This document shows positions 1-11,850 of a stretch of 64,000 bases of DNA, one piece after another. The stretch covers positions 36,704,001-36,768,000 of the forward strand of contig NC_043008.1 in the NCBI RefSeq assembly GCF_006345805.1, in the 5' to 3' direction. The notes under the pieces were generated by a model. It was given only the letters and a program-made list of their open reading frames with translations, made no database searches and had not been told where the DNA came from. The stretch is from Octopus sinensis (Eukaryota). How positions within the stretch are numbered: the first letter of the stretch is position 1; each line of letters begins with the position of its first letter. A program made the position numbers and the translations under genes.

Positions 1-301
1 AAGTTTTTGGAGAGCTCAGGGCTATACTGAACCCAAGACCACAGTTTTTTTTTCATTAACAGAGAGACACTGGTAGTCATTCTTGCATGTAAGTAAGTCT
101 TCTTTCTCCATGCTTCTTATATTTATCCATAAAGAATGTTTCTGATTTGGGTGAGAAGATCTTGATACCAGTGTCATCATAGACTTTGCTGCTGGTGTGC
201 AAAAAGCTAGAACAGAATTTCCAAATATGGTACTGTGTGATTTAAGTGAAAATCATGCTTGAGTGCTATTTTTAGCAGGCTGACTGACCACAAAATCAAG
301 T

Positions 302-332
<31 letters not shown>

Positions 333-1304
333 TATTAACCTTGTTTGGAAACAGGTGATGGTTGGTGACAAGAAGGACATCCTGTCATAAGAAATTTACC
401 TCAACAAATACTATCTGACTTATACAAGCAGGGAAAAGTGGACAGTAGATGTTGATGATATATATATATATATATATAATAATAATTGTAGGGAATATAA
501 TTCTAAACTTACAGGGAAAAATTCAATTTAGCAATTCCAAATCAAATTTCACAATATATAATATATGTATATAAGTAAGAGAAATAACCTCTATTAAGTA
601 ATTCAATAGTAAAAGATTTTATCTATATCATATAGAAAAAATTAAATATACTATAAATATTATTCTAAAAATCACTAAATTAAATAAACATTATATGTGT
701 GCATGTATAATATATATATATATATATATATATAGATGTGTGTGTGTATGTATTTTATATATGTGCATGTGTATCTTCATGTTTATTCCCCAACTTCTTA
801 GCAACCAGTATTGGTTTGTTGGCATCCCTGTAACGATATTGATACAGTAAGTAATAGACTTAGAAAATGTATTGCAGTCACTCTATTCAACTGAAACCTG
901 TTAAGGTGGTACTCTAGTATGGCCACAGTCCAGTGACTGACACAAGTGAAAGAAAATAAAAGAAAAGAAGAAAAAAGTGCCAGTGTTGCATATTATACCA
1001 AAGTGGACTGATGCCAGATTTATATAAAACTGCCTTCATGGTATGTGTAGAAGCTTTATTATGGAAATAGAAATGGAGAAAGAGTTCCACATTTATATAT
1101 ATCCTCCTAGTTCTCCTATTTTGTAGATGCAAATTTCCAATTATTCTGAAATCCCAAAAAGCTAGAAATATTTCTGGTTCCAAGATTTTTGTATACAGGA
1201 TTATCAAATGAATAAAGTTTCATCCAATGTGTTGTGTTCAAATTTTGGTAAGACAGAATTTTCATTTCGTTCCTCCGGGTTGAATAAAATGAATATTTGT
1301 AACG

Positions 1305-1680
1305 GATGGATGGAAGCACTCCGTCGTTTATGACGACGAGGGGTTCCGGTTGATCCGAATCAATGGAACAGCCTGCTCATGAAATTAACGTGTAAATGGC
1401 TGAGCACTCCACAGACACATGTACCCTTAACGTAGTTCTCAGGGATATTCAGCGTGACACAGAGAGTGACAAGGCCGGCCCTTTGAAATACAGGTACAAC
1501 AGAAACAGGAAGTAAGAGTGAGAGAAAGTTGTGGTGAAAGAGTACAGCAGGGATCACCACCACCCAAGGCCGGAGTTTCGTGGAGCTCAATAAACACTCA
1601 CAATGTCCGGTCTGGGAATCGAAACCGCGATCCTATGACCGCGAGTCCGCTGCCCTAACCACTGGGCCATTGCGCCTCCA
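1305..1680 (-). mobile_element. tRNA-derived SINE, relatively young copy
   Basis: The minus strand begins GTGGAGGCGCAATGGCCCAGTGGTTAGGGCAGCGG...GGTTTCGATTCCCAG, a Pol III A-box and B-box head. The body is CpG-rich in an otherwise CpG-poor window and ends in a (TCCA)n-like tail. Confidence 0.85.
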
Positions 1681-1807
1681 CATACTTGTAATATGCTGGG
1701 GTTGGTTGTTGTAGTAATAGGTACTGGGAATAAATACAGCAAGGAGACTACACAACATGTGTTTAATTACTTTGGCCCTTTAACGTTTAGATTATTCTGT
1801 CAGATGT

Positions 1808-2026
1808 CATGTTCATTTACTCTTTTACTTGTTTCAGTCATCTGACTGTGGCCATGCTGGAGCACCGCCTTTAATCGAGCAACTCGACCCCAGGACTTAT
1901 TCTTTTGTAAGCCCATTACTTATTCTATCGGTCTCTTTTGCCAAACCACTAAGTAACGGGAACATAAACACACCAGCATCGGTTGTCAAGCAATGCTAGC
2001 GGGACAAACACAGACAACAAACACAT

Positions 2027-2101
<75 letters not shown>

Positions 2102-2668
2102 TACAACGGGCTTCTTTCAGTTTCTGTCTACCAAATCCACTCACAAGGCTTTGGTCGGCCAGATGCTATAGTAGAAGACACTTGCCCAAGGTGCCACGCA
2201 GTGAGACTGAACCCGGAACCATGTGGTTGGTAAACAAGCCACTTACCACACAGCCACTCCTGCACCTGTCATGTTCATTTACTCTTTTACTTGTTTCAGT
2301 CATCTGACTGTGGCCATGTTGGAGCACCGCCTTTAGTCAAACAAATCGAACCCAGGACTTTGTAAGCCTAGTACTTATTCTATCGGTCTCTTTTGCCGAA
2401 CTGCTAAGTTACAGGGATGTAAACACACCAGCATTGATATCAAGCGATGTTGGGGGGACAAACACAGGTACACAAACATATACATACATCTATATATATA
2501 TACATATATACAATGGGCTTCTATATATATACATATATATGACAGGCTTCACAAAACTTTGGTTGGCCTGAGGCTATAGTAGAAGACACTTGCTCAAGGT
2601 GCCACGCAGTGGGACTGAACCTGGAACCTTGTGGTTCGTAAGCAAGCTACTTACCACACAGCCACTCA
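1808..2668 (-). mobile_element. Two tandem copies of a CORE-like (Octopus OR-type) SINE, about 1808-2268 and 2269-2668
   Basis: Both copies are reverse complements of the full copy at 56922-57325 (GGCACCTTGGGCAAGTGTCTTCTACTATAGC core, internal (AT)/(CA) tract, GACTGAAACAAGTAAAAGAGTAAA tail). The same flank TCATGTTCATTTACTCTTTTAC occurs near 1808 and 2269. Confidence 0.8.
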
Positions 2669-3733
2669 TATTGATTTGAATTAATCTTATAGTTTTGAGA
2701 TTTCAGTGATGTGAGTGTTTATTTTTAGAATGGCACTGTAGAGTAGGTGTGAAAGATCAGATCTGCTCAGTTTCAACATATAACAATGTATTATATTTGG
2801 GCTTGATATGGTTGGTTTAAATACTGTTGAGCTAAAGTGTCGGGTTCAAAACTTTTTGGGGGATTGAAGAAGGATGTTGCTCAAACAAGGGGCTTTGATC
2901 TTGATCCTTTGATTTTGGTATGCTAATGAGGGCTAAAGTCATCAGAAGTGACCTCAGTGACACTGTGGATTTCAGGGACATTTGCTCTGTTTCCTACCAT
3001 TCATATGATTTGCATTGAAGGTGCTTATTTGATGATTGATGCTGCAAATTAGTGAATTGCGGCAAAACGAGATTTATTTCTGTACAAAAGACCAGCTCAC
3101 AATGAGGATGTTGAAAGATTACAAATACATGGCTGTCATGTTAATATGTTAGTAATGTTTCTACCGACCCTCTTCCACACACAGACACACACACACACAC
3201 ATACATGTAAACAAACAAACACACACACGCACACATGTAAATAAACACATACGCACGCATGTAAGCAAACGCACACATACACACTCTGACATAGGTCACT
3301 TGTGTTTGCCGGACGGTTTCTTTGGACATTATTCTGTTTTCTAACCACTTTTGCTTGTCAGTCCCAGCTTGCCAAGATCAATATTTGCAGTAATACAACA
3401 TCCACTTATATTTGGACTATATCACCAACCTAGAGACTAAATAAACTAGGTTTGTTTGTTGTGGTTTTTTTTAATCTTTTTTTAAAATTTGATTTCTGTC
3501 AGTTAGTGGAAAATTATATAAAAACATATCTTGGTTTAACGTCAAGTCTTACTTTTTGCTTCTGGTTTCAGCACTTTTTCTTCCGAATAGCTGTAGAGAT
3601 AAATTGTCTGGCATGTATCTATAGAAGGCTTTTTGTGAGTTCATATTCTAGAGTGGGTGGCATATCTTAAATCTTGAAGAAACTCATTTTATTTATGTGT
3701 TGATCCAAATTAAACCTTACTAGACTTATTGTT

Positions 3734-3989
3734 GTGGAGGCATGTGGCTTAGTGGTTAGGGTGTCACCATCATGATCGTAAGATTGTGGTTTCGATTCCT
3801 GGATCAGCGACGCGTTGTGTTCTTTAGCAAAACACTTCATTTCACATTGCTCCAATCCACTCAGCTGGCAAAAATGAGTAACGCTGTGATGGACTGGCGT
3901 CCCATCCAGCTGGGGAACACGTGTGTCATAGAAACTGCGAAACTGGGCCCATGAGCCTGGCTAGGCTTTAAAAAGGGTGAAAAAAAAAA
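3734..3989 (+). mobile_element. tRNA-derived SINE with poly-A tail and target-site duplication
   Basis: Head GTGGAGGCATGTGGCTTAGTGGTTAG...GGTTTCGATTCCTGG, then a GATGGACTGGCGTCCCATCCAG segment and an A-tail. Flanked by AGACTTATTGTT (3722-3733) and AGGCTTATTGTT (3990-4001). Confidence 0.85.
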
Positions 3990-4066
3990 AGGCTTATTGT
4001 TATTTCATATTCTATCACAGATAGTATATTTTATTTTTTGTTCTCTCTAACTGCTAGTGAACTTAA

Positions 4067-4851
4067 CCTGTTTGATGTGTTTCTCTGGAAATATTCTGTC
4101 TTTGTTTCACTCAATTTTGAAAAAAAATGAAGAATTTAATATTAGGTTGTCCAGAAATTTTGTGCTGATTTATAGTAGCTTACCTTTCGACTTATCTTAG
4201 AACATGGTTGAGTCCATAAAATAGGATTTGACTACACCTCCATTCAGAGCACAGTTTAAGCTATCTTTTCATGGAAGAAGGTTTATGCTCCTATAACCTG
4301 TGTTAATTCTCTAACCCTTTAAAATGGAAGATAAGTAAGTTCCTTTTCGGCACTTGATGCTTTGGGAACCAGACAAAAATTGCTGCAGCTCAGCTTAAAT
4401 GTGTTACCCCACCCTCCATTTTCACCAGATATTGCTCCTTCGGATTTCCACTTATTCAGGTCTCTGCAGAATAGTCTTAATGGTAAAAATTTAAATTCCT
4501 TTGAATGACGTAAAAAGAGACCTTGATGAATTCTTTGCCATGAAACCACCTCAATTCTGGGAAGAGGGTATTTTCAAGTTAAAGGAAAGATGGAGACGCA
4601 TTGTGCAACAAAATGGTTCATATTTGGTTGTTTAAAAATCTAATGGCAAGTATTTATTGACGTTTTTCTTTCCTTTAAAAATTGGCACGAACTTTCCGGA
4701 CAACCCAATAGAACAACTTTGTCATTATTGAGTTAGTGTTTGGAGCATAACATGAAGTTTTGATTGAAAGTCTTAATTTAGATCAATTTAAAAATTGAAA
4801 GTGTGTATCATAGAACCAGGAACAGTTTTAGGCAGGTTGATATGAAAAGGG
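4067..4851. mobile_element. piggyBac-like MITE (family B), interrupted by a mariner insertion
   Basis: Segments 4067-4141 and 4711-4851 join into the element also seen at 6512-6736, 13289-13532 and 39955-40175. Left flank TTAA; right end GAAAAGGG. Confidence 0.7.
4142..4708 (+). mobile_element. Internally deleted mariner transposon with transposase pseudogene
   Basis: TIRs TTAGGTTGTCCAGAAATTTTGTGCTGATTT and (reverse complement) TTGGGTTGTCCGGAAAGTTCGTGCCAATTT, with TA duplications at 4140-4141 and 4709-4710. N-terminus MEDK*VPFRHLMLWE from 4324 is fused to the C-terminus TRQKLLQLSLNVLPHPPFSPDIAPSDFHLFRSLQNSLNGK (mariner YSPDLAPxD motif), then ...FWEEGIFKLKERWRRIVQQNGSYLVV* after a frameshift. 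Confidence 0.92.
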
Positions 4852-4880
4852 TTTAGATGTAAAATACCAATGTCTCTTAA

Positions 4881-5100
4881 ACTGTTAGCATTCAGATTCC
4901 TTAGACAAATGTATTGCTTATTTATACACATTATTTTGAATTAATTATGCATTGCTGTGTGGCTTCAAGACTTTGATGATGTAACTGTTTATTTTTAGAA
5001 TGACATTGTAGGATATGTGTGAGAGACAGGATCTGGCCCTTTTGAGCATAAAACAGGTAGAATATTTTGGCTGAATATGATCAATTTAAATGCTAAAGGG
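4881..5100. mobile_element. piggyBac-like MITE (family A)
   Basis: Ends AATGCTAAAGGG followed by TTAA; the left end is degraded but preceded by TTAA. The body matches 34156-34375. Confidence 0.7.
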
Positions 5101-5807
5101 TTAAGCAAATAATTGCTCATTTGAAAGCCAATTTTGAACTTTAGTTTGAAAGCATGAAGCAAGGTACATGCTCCATGGCATATTTAAGGTGCAAGAATTG
5201 TTGTTGATTCTAAGCAACCAATGGCATTTTTGTCAACCTTTGGGGGGGGGGAGAAAAAACAGAAAAAGGAGTTTGAATGGCAAAGTTGGTCTGATTTGAA
5301 CTTGGGATACAGGGAAATAGAACAAATATCAATTATCAAGGTCCTCTACTCTAATGATTCTACCAATTAAATTCTCAAGTTAACAGCAATGTTGCATTTA
5401 CAAGTAGAACCTTTCCTTCTTCTCACTCACACATGAGACTCTCTTAAGGGTCAATGCTAAGCTCTTGTTTCACGGTGCTAAATGAATAAAAGATAAATCT
5501 CTCACAAAGTATAATCTTTTGTTATAATTCCCAGAAGAACTGGTTATATAAAAGGGGATGTCTGGTTTCATGGTGAAACACATCCCTTGGGGAATTTGCC
5601 AGTCTGTTTTCGGTAAAAACTTTAGATCTTCTAGTACTAGTTTACCCACAACTAGTTGAACTGAAGCAGCTTCCATAGGTGTGAGTGTCATGTTATAATG
5701 CATTCTGGTCTTCGTTCCTGCTTTTACCATTTTCCGTTTTGAATTCAAATTTCTCAAGGTCAACTTAGTCATTCATCTTTGTGAGATTGATAAAATAAAG
5801 TACTGTC

Positions 5808-6094
5808 CTCCTCCTCCTCTCCCCCTTCTCTCCTCTCCCCCTCCTCTCGTCTCCCCCTCCTCTTCCCTCCCGCCCTCCTCTCGTCTCCTCCTCCCCTCCC
5901 CCTCCTCTCGTCTCCTCCTCATCTCCTATTCCCCCCTCCCCCTTGTACCATAGCAGAAAGGATCATCATCATCATCATCACCATCATCATTATTATTACT
6001 CTTCTTCTTCTTCTTCTTCTTCTTCTTCTTCTTCTTCTTCTTCTTCTTCTTCTTCTTCTTCTTCTTCTTTCTTCTTCTCTTCTTCTTATTATTA

Positions 6095-6145
<51 letters not shown>

Positions 6146-6160
6146 CATTATTATTATTAC
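5808..6160. repeat. C-rich polypyrimidine tract followed by a compound (CAT)n-(TCT)n-(TTA)n microsatellite
   Basis: Read directly from the sequence; explains ORFs 5919..6191 and 5943..6185. Confidence 0.95.
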
Positions 6161-6511
6161 TTTGCTGTGCCACTTTGTGTTCTGATTTCATATCTCATCA
6201 GAGAGACTGATAAATCAAATACCAGTAATATGCTGGGTTTTCAGTCGTGGGATTTCTTATCATCTCCTGTCCTTATGACACTTTCAGATGTAATCATTGT
6301 GTATTCTGCTGAGGTCAAACCTTACCTTCCATCCTTTCGAGATACACAAAATGAGTACCAACCAAGTATTGAGCTTGATGTAACCAACTTGACCCCCCTC
6401 CCTTCAAATTTGCTGGCCTTGTTCCAAAATTTAGGAAAAATTATATCTGTGGCCCATTGCCTCTCAGAGATTCTAAAATTACAAACTCAGTATCCCAGAT
6501 TTCCTTTTTAA

Positions 6512-6736
6512 CCTTTTCCTTACCATATTTCTATTGAAACACATTACCTTATTTTAATTAATTTTGAAGATAATGAAAAATTTAGTAAAATAAAAATAAC
6601 TGTCATTATCAAGCTAGTGTTTGGAACATAAATTAATATAAAATTTTAATGGCAGATTTTAATTTTGATCGCTCTAAAACAGGAAGCTTATATCAGAGAA
6701 CCAGGAGCAATTTCAGGCAGATTGGTATCAAAACAG
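6512..6736. mobile_element. piggyBac-like MITE (family B)
   Basis: TTAA at both flanks (6508-6511, 6737-6740), degenerate CCTTTT/AAACAG ends, body similar to 39955-40175. Confidence 0.7.
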
Positions 6737-7009
6737 TTAAATATAAGCAAGTGGTATCTAAAGACAAGTTCCTCGCCTTCCATGCTCTCAACTACGTCCT
6801 CTCTTTTCCTCTCTGATTCCAATAAGTATGGAGAGTCTTTTAGTTGTCATTTTTAATTATATTTTATTTTATCTCATTATTCCAGACTTTAATAATTATT
6901 GTCTTGCTGCTGTTTCACTGCTTATTTATTTATTTATTTATTTAAATATTTATTTATTCCTACTAATTCTAGCATATATTCTGTCAGTATCACCCCCCCG
7001 TCTCTGCCA

Positions 7010-7690
7010 ATATCACCACCACAAGACTTTCTCTGCCAAACACCCACCACTCTTGATCTCACCACCAACATCGTTATCCTTACTGAAATTGTTCATCATT
7101 GTTATCATTATCATCATCATCATAGTCATTGTCATCATCATCATCATCATCATCACCACCACCGTCGTCGTCATCACCTTCATCATCTTTATTGCTATCA
7201 CTGTCATCATCATTCTCATTATCATTGTCATCATTATCTGCTTTTTACAGATATTATCATGTGTTATCAGTACTGACCAGGACTGACCTGGATTAAACAC
7301 CGTAATCACTGCCACCACCACCACCACCACCACCACCACCGCCACCACAACCGCCACCGCCGCCACCACCACTACCACCACTGCTACCACCACCACCACC
7401 ACCGCCACCACCATCACCACCACAACCACAACCGCAGCCACCGCTACCACCACTGCAACCACCACTGTTACACCATTCCTGATTTTCATTATCAACCCCA
7501 TCAAAATTTTTATATATATCCCAATGTTATAATGATCAGTGTTGACTTTCTCATCATCAGCAGCAGCAGCAACAGCAACAACATCACCACTATCATTATT
7601 ATTATGATGATGATTGTTGATGATTGATGATGACTGATGATGATGATGATCATCATCGTTGTCATCACTATCATCTTCATCATCACTAGG
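7010..7690. repeat. Degenerate trinucleotide low-complexity tract (CAT/CAC/GCC/GAT)
   Basis: Runs of CAT, CAC, ACC, GCA and GAT give poly-H/I/V/M/D ORFs in several frames on both strands. Confidence 0.9.
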
Positions 7691-7816
7691 TGTGTGACAA
7701 TCACATGGTTCTCGGTTTAATCCCATTGCACAGCATCTTGGATGTATTTCACTCTTGCCTCAAGTTGACCAACACTCTGCGAAAGGAATTTGGCTGACAG
7801 AAACAGAGCTGGGATT

Positions 7817-8226
7817 GAGCTGGCAGAAACTTTAGCACACCGGGTGAAATGCTAAGCGGTATTTCATCTGCCACTACGTTCTGAGTTCAAATTCCGCTGA
7901 GGTCGACTTTGCCTTTCATCCTTTCGGGGTCGATTAAATAAGTACCAGTTATGCACTGGGGTCAATATAATCGACTTAATCTGTTTGTCTGTCCTTGTTT
8001 GTCCTCTCTGTGTTTAGCCTGTTGTGGGTAGTAAAGAAATAGGTATTTTGTCTGCCACTACATTCTGAGTTCAAATTCCGCCGAGATCGACTTTGCTTTT
8101 ATCCTTTCAGGGTCGATTAAATAAGTACCAGCTATGCACTGGGGTTGATGTAATCGACTTAATCCGTTTGTCTGTCCTTGTTTGTCCCCTCTGTGTGTAG
8201 CCCCTTGTGGGCAGTAAAGAAATAAG
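7817..8226 (+). mobile_element. Head-to-tail dimer of a tRNA-derived SINE (GAGCTGGCAGAA head family)
   Basis: The first copy has GAGCTGGCAGAAAC...GAGTTCAAATTCC. The block GGTATTT..TCTGCCACTAC..TTCTGAGTTCAAATTCCG...GTAAAGAAATA occurs twice (about 7858 and 8042); the second unit lacks the 5' head. Confidence 0.8.
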
Positions 8227-8396
8227 AAACACAGCTGGGATCAAGTTGGTCCACTAAACTTGTTAAGGTGGTGCCCCAGCATGGCCACAGTTCAATAACT
8301 AAAACAAGTAAAAGGGTATATTAGGTCAGACGTCTGCCAAGAATTTAGCAGGCTCATTAAGTTGGAGCTTGTCTCAGTTTCCATGGTATACATGTC

Positions 8397-9110
8397 ACCA
8401 TCATCGTCATCATTTAGCATCTGTTTCCATGTTAAGTAGGGTTAGATGGTTTGACTGGAACCGGTAAGCCAGAGAACTGCACCAGGTTCCAGTTGATTTG
8501 GCATAGTTTCTACAACTGGATGCTCTTCCTAGCATACAGACAGTAGTGGGTGCCTTTTATGTGTCACCAGCACATGAGCCCTTTACATATCACTGACCCA
8601 GGTACCTATTATGTGTGACTGGCATTGGCTGTGGCTACCACTGACCCAGGTACCTGGCCATTACTATGATTTCCCTTGGGTAGATGGATTTTCTCAAGCA
8701 CAGCAAATCACTAAAAAGTCTCGATTACTTGTCATCACCTGTAAAACTCAACATCTGAAAATCATGTTTCACCACCTCATCCCATGTCTTCCTGGGTCTA
8801 CCTCTTCCACAGGTTCCCATTACAGTTAGGGATCAGCACTTCTTTATGCAGCTATCTGCATCCATATGCACCACATGACCATACCAATGCAGTCTTCTCT
8901 CTTGCACATCACATCTGATGCCTCTTATGCCTAATTTTTCTCTCAAGACGGTCATCCATGCACACTGACATTGCATATCCAATGAAGCATATTAGCTTCA
9001 TTTCTTTCGGGCTTTTGCATGTCCCCTGCAGTTACAGTCCATATTTCACTGTCATGTAGTGTGACTGTTTGCACACAGGCATCATACAATTTGCCTTTCA
9101 CTTTTTCTCT
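8397..9110 (-). mobile_element. RTE-clade LINE, 3' end (RT C-terminus, 3' UTR and (GAT)n tail)
   Basis: The minus strand gives degraded KVKGKLYDACVQTV...ERRLHWYGHVVHMD...GRGRPRKTWDEVVKHD, the RTE-type LRWxGH and RGRP motifs, then a UTR ending ...GATGATGA near 8400. Confidence 0.8.
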
Positions 9111-9354
9111 GTATAAGCATATATGATGTGTGTGTACATATGCAAATGAGATTACACCTCTCTCCTTTCAAAGGGGACATCAGTCTACCATTGGATTCAT
9201 CCTCTGATGTTGCTGGCTATTCATTTTCAGCTGAATGAAATTGAGCAATATGGAATGAAGTGCTTTGCTCAAGAACACAGTGCACTGCCTGGGCTGGGAA
9301 TTTAAACCATGACCTTGTACTGAGTGGAGGACCGTACCCACTTGACTACATACC

Positions 9355-9587
9355 TATTTCTTTATTACCCACAAGGGGCTAAACATAGAGGGGACAAACA
9401 TGGACAGACATAAGTATTAAGTCGATTACATCGACCCCAGGGTGTAACTGGTACTTAATTTACCAACCCTGAAAGGATGAAAGGCAAAGTCGACCTCAGC
9501 GGAATTTGAACTCACAATGTAACGGCAGCCGAAATACTGCTAAGCATTTCGCCCGACGTGCTAACGATTCTGCCAGCTCGCCGCCTT
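9355..9587 (-). mobile_element. tRNA-derived SINE (GGCGGCGAGCTGGCAGAATCG head) nested in an older SINE
   Basis: Full copy with a 13-bp target duplication, TTGACTACATACC (9342-9354) and TTGACTACATGCC (9588-9600). Confidence 0.85.
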
Positions 9588-10159
9588 TTGACTACATGCC
9601 TTCATAAACACACACCACACACACACACACAAACATATGTGTGTGTCTGTATGAATGTGTGGTTACAAGTGTAATCCAGTGTGTTACAGTTCCATTCTGC
9701 TGAAAAATGTGACCCAGAAATTCAATAATTAGAGATTGGCAAAAGGGAATTTCTTGATAGGGGAGGAGGATTATATGATTGGCTAAAACCCTTGAAAGGG
9801 GCGCTCCAACATTGCTGCGATCCCTTTACTACAACCAGCAAAAGAATGAAAGTATAGACCACTTTGATAATATTACCGTCATTAGCATTGTAATCACCAT
9901 CATCATAAATGTTATCATTTCGACAATCACTGCCTCCTTTATTAATTCCACTACCTTCACAACGAACATCATCATCATCATCTCTACCACGATAACGACA
10001 ATAATCACCACTGTGATTAGCATTACCATAATCATCATCATCGTCGTCATCGTTATCCACCTTTATTTCAAAACTTTCAATCAATATATTTCTTTTGATG
10101 TTCAATGTAGATATAAACATAAGATGTTTTGTTTGGTCAGGGAAACCATAAAATAAAAT

Positions 10160-10178
10160 ACTGTATATATATATATAG

Positions 10179-10261
<83 letters not shown>

Positions 10262-10532
10262 GTGCATGTATATATATGTATATATATATATGGCATATGT
10301 GTGTGTATGTATGTATATACATACATATGTACACATCTATATCTTGATATATATATAAATACATACAAATATATATACATGCACACACATGTATATATGT
10401 ACACAAGCATACATGTATGTGTCTATATATTTATATATATACACACACATTAATATTCATATGTATACATGTGTGAGTGTGTGTATGTATATATATGCAT
10501 ATATATACACATGCACCTATATATATATATAT

Positions 10533-10567
<35 letters not shown>

Positions 10568-10715
10568 TATATATATATATATATAATATATATATATATA
10601 TTATATATATATATATAATATATAATATATATATATATATATATGTACATATATGTATATGTATATATATGTGTGTGTGTGTGTGTATATATATGTATAT
10701 ATACAGACACACACA
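10160..10715. repeat. Long interrupted (AT)n/(AC)n microsatellite field
   Basis: Read directly; source of many YI-repeat ORFs. Similar fields occur near 16300-16780, 22790-23010, 23505-23705, 26620-26830, 38620-38870 and 61430-61830. Confidence 0.95.
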
Positions 10716-11269
10716 CAGTTGCACTGTCTCAATGAGACTATATGAAAGATAAAATATAAATAATGAAATATGAAAGATCTTACATAAAGATCATAAAACT
10801 GAAGTGCAATCATATTTTTGATAATAATAATAATAATTCACACACACACACACACACACACACCATCATTACCATCATTTTAATGTCTACTCTTCTGTGC
10901 TTTCATGGATTAGATGAAATTCATTGAGGCAAATTTTCTACAGCTGTGTGCTCTTCCTGTTGCCTACCCTGACCTCTTTCCAAGCTAGGGAAATATTTTC
11001 TCATGGCCAGATTTGTTTTTGCAAAATACTGGAAATGAATGCCTCTCCTTCTGTGTCTGTGACAAACACTTACAAATATCACACCCTTTCAACTCAAGGA
11101 GACAGAAACATACAAACACTCACACACATACATATGTGTATATATATTATCTAAGGTAAGTTGATTTGGTAGAAGGAAACTGAAAGACACCTGCCAGATG
11201 TGTGTGTGTGTTCATATATATATATATATATCCCTGCCGTAAGGCTTTACTTCTACACACACGAACTTA

Positions 11270-11610
11270 ATTTAATTCGTCCTTAGTTGGAAGACACCTG
11301 TTGTTATGTCCTGTTATTTGTATTTGTGTAACATTCTCCGTTTTTTTTTTCCGTCCTTGTTTCCATATACATTTGCTACTTTCTTCCAAGGAATCTAGTG
11401 CTCTTAGTTTAGTTTTTCCTTGGGGCTGGCCAGATTGGAGCAATCTCAAGTATAACCAGCCGAAATTGCAAAAATAATCTGGAACTCGACTGAGGAAAGA
11501 AAACTCTGAATGACCCATCCTTGTTTTCTTTGTATCGTCTATCTGGATGTTTTGTTGTCTCTTGTATCATCTAACTGTCTGGATGTTTTGTGTTCTTGTC
11601 CCATTTTGTG

Positions 11611-11641
<31 letters not shown>

Positions 11642-11645
11642 ACAT

Positions 11646-11689
<44 letters not shown>

Positions 11690-11850
11690 AGAATTCACAA
11701 AAAAAAACCAAAAGCTGAAGACAGGTGGTGTAGAAAACAAACAGATGTATTAGTATAACGCTCAGGAATTGAAAAAGTCTTTTACATTTTGAGCCTACAC
11801 TCATCCACAGAAAAGAACACAGAAAGAAACAAGGAGAGAAAAAAAATGTT
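11270..11850. mobile_element. Penelope-like element terminal fragments split by an (AT)n tract
   Basis: Two blocks (about 11270-11605 and 11685-11850) flank microsatellite. The minus strand carries CTGTGGATGAGTGTAGGCTCAAAATGTAAAAG, resembling the CTGANGA...GAAA motif at Penelope pseudo-LTR ends. Family call is from recalled similarity only. Confidence 0.45.

Noticed and set aside
10-257. Open minus-strand frame (...SMMTLVSRSSHPNQKHSLWINIRSMEKEDLLTCK...)
   Set aside because: No recognisable motif and no convincing splice sites; could be chance or very old transposon debris.
1199-1247. Plus-strand exon-like segment (TTTTTGTATACAG|GATTATCAAATG...TTTTG|GTAAGA; DYQMNKVSSNVLCSNF)
   Set aside because: Splice signals only, no homology, and such pairs are expected by chance in 64 kb of AT-rich DNA.
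5535-5612. Plus-strand 78-nt exon-like segment (RTGYIKGDVWFHGETHPLGNLPVCFR) and the overlapping minus-strand ORF 5470..5772
   Set aside because: Mediocre donor (GTAAAA), unrecognised peptide, and the minus-strand ORF starts inside a SINE.
7013-7726. Longest ORF in the track (237 aa) and overlapping His/Ile-rich ORFs
   Set aside because: Trinucleotide repeats lack stops in several frames on both strands; no domain content.
9722-10813. Many YI/CV-repeat ORFs here and throughout the window
   Set aside because: Translations of (AT)n, (CA)n and (GT)n microsatellites.
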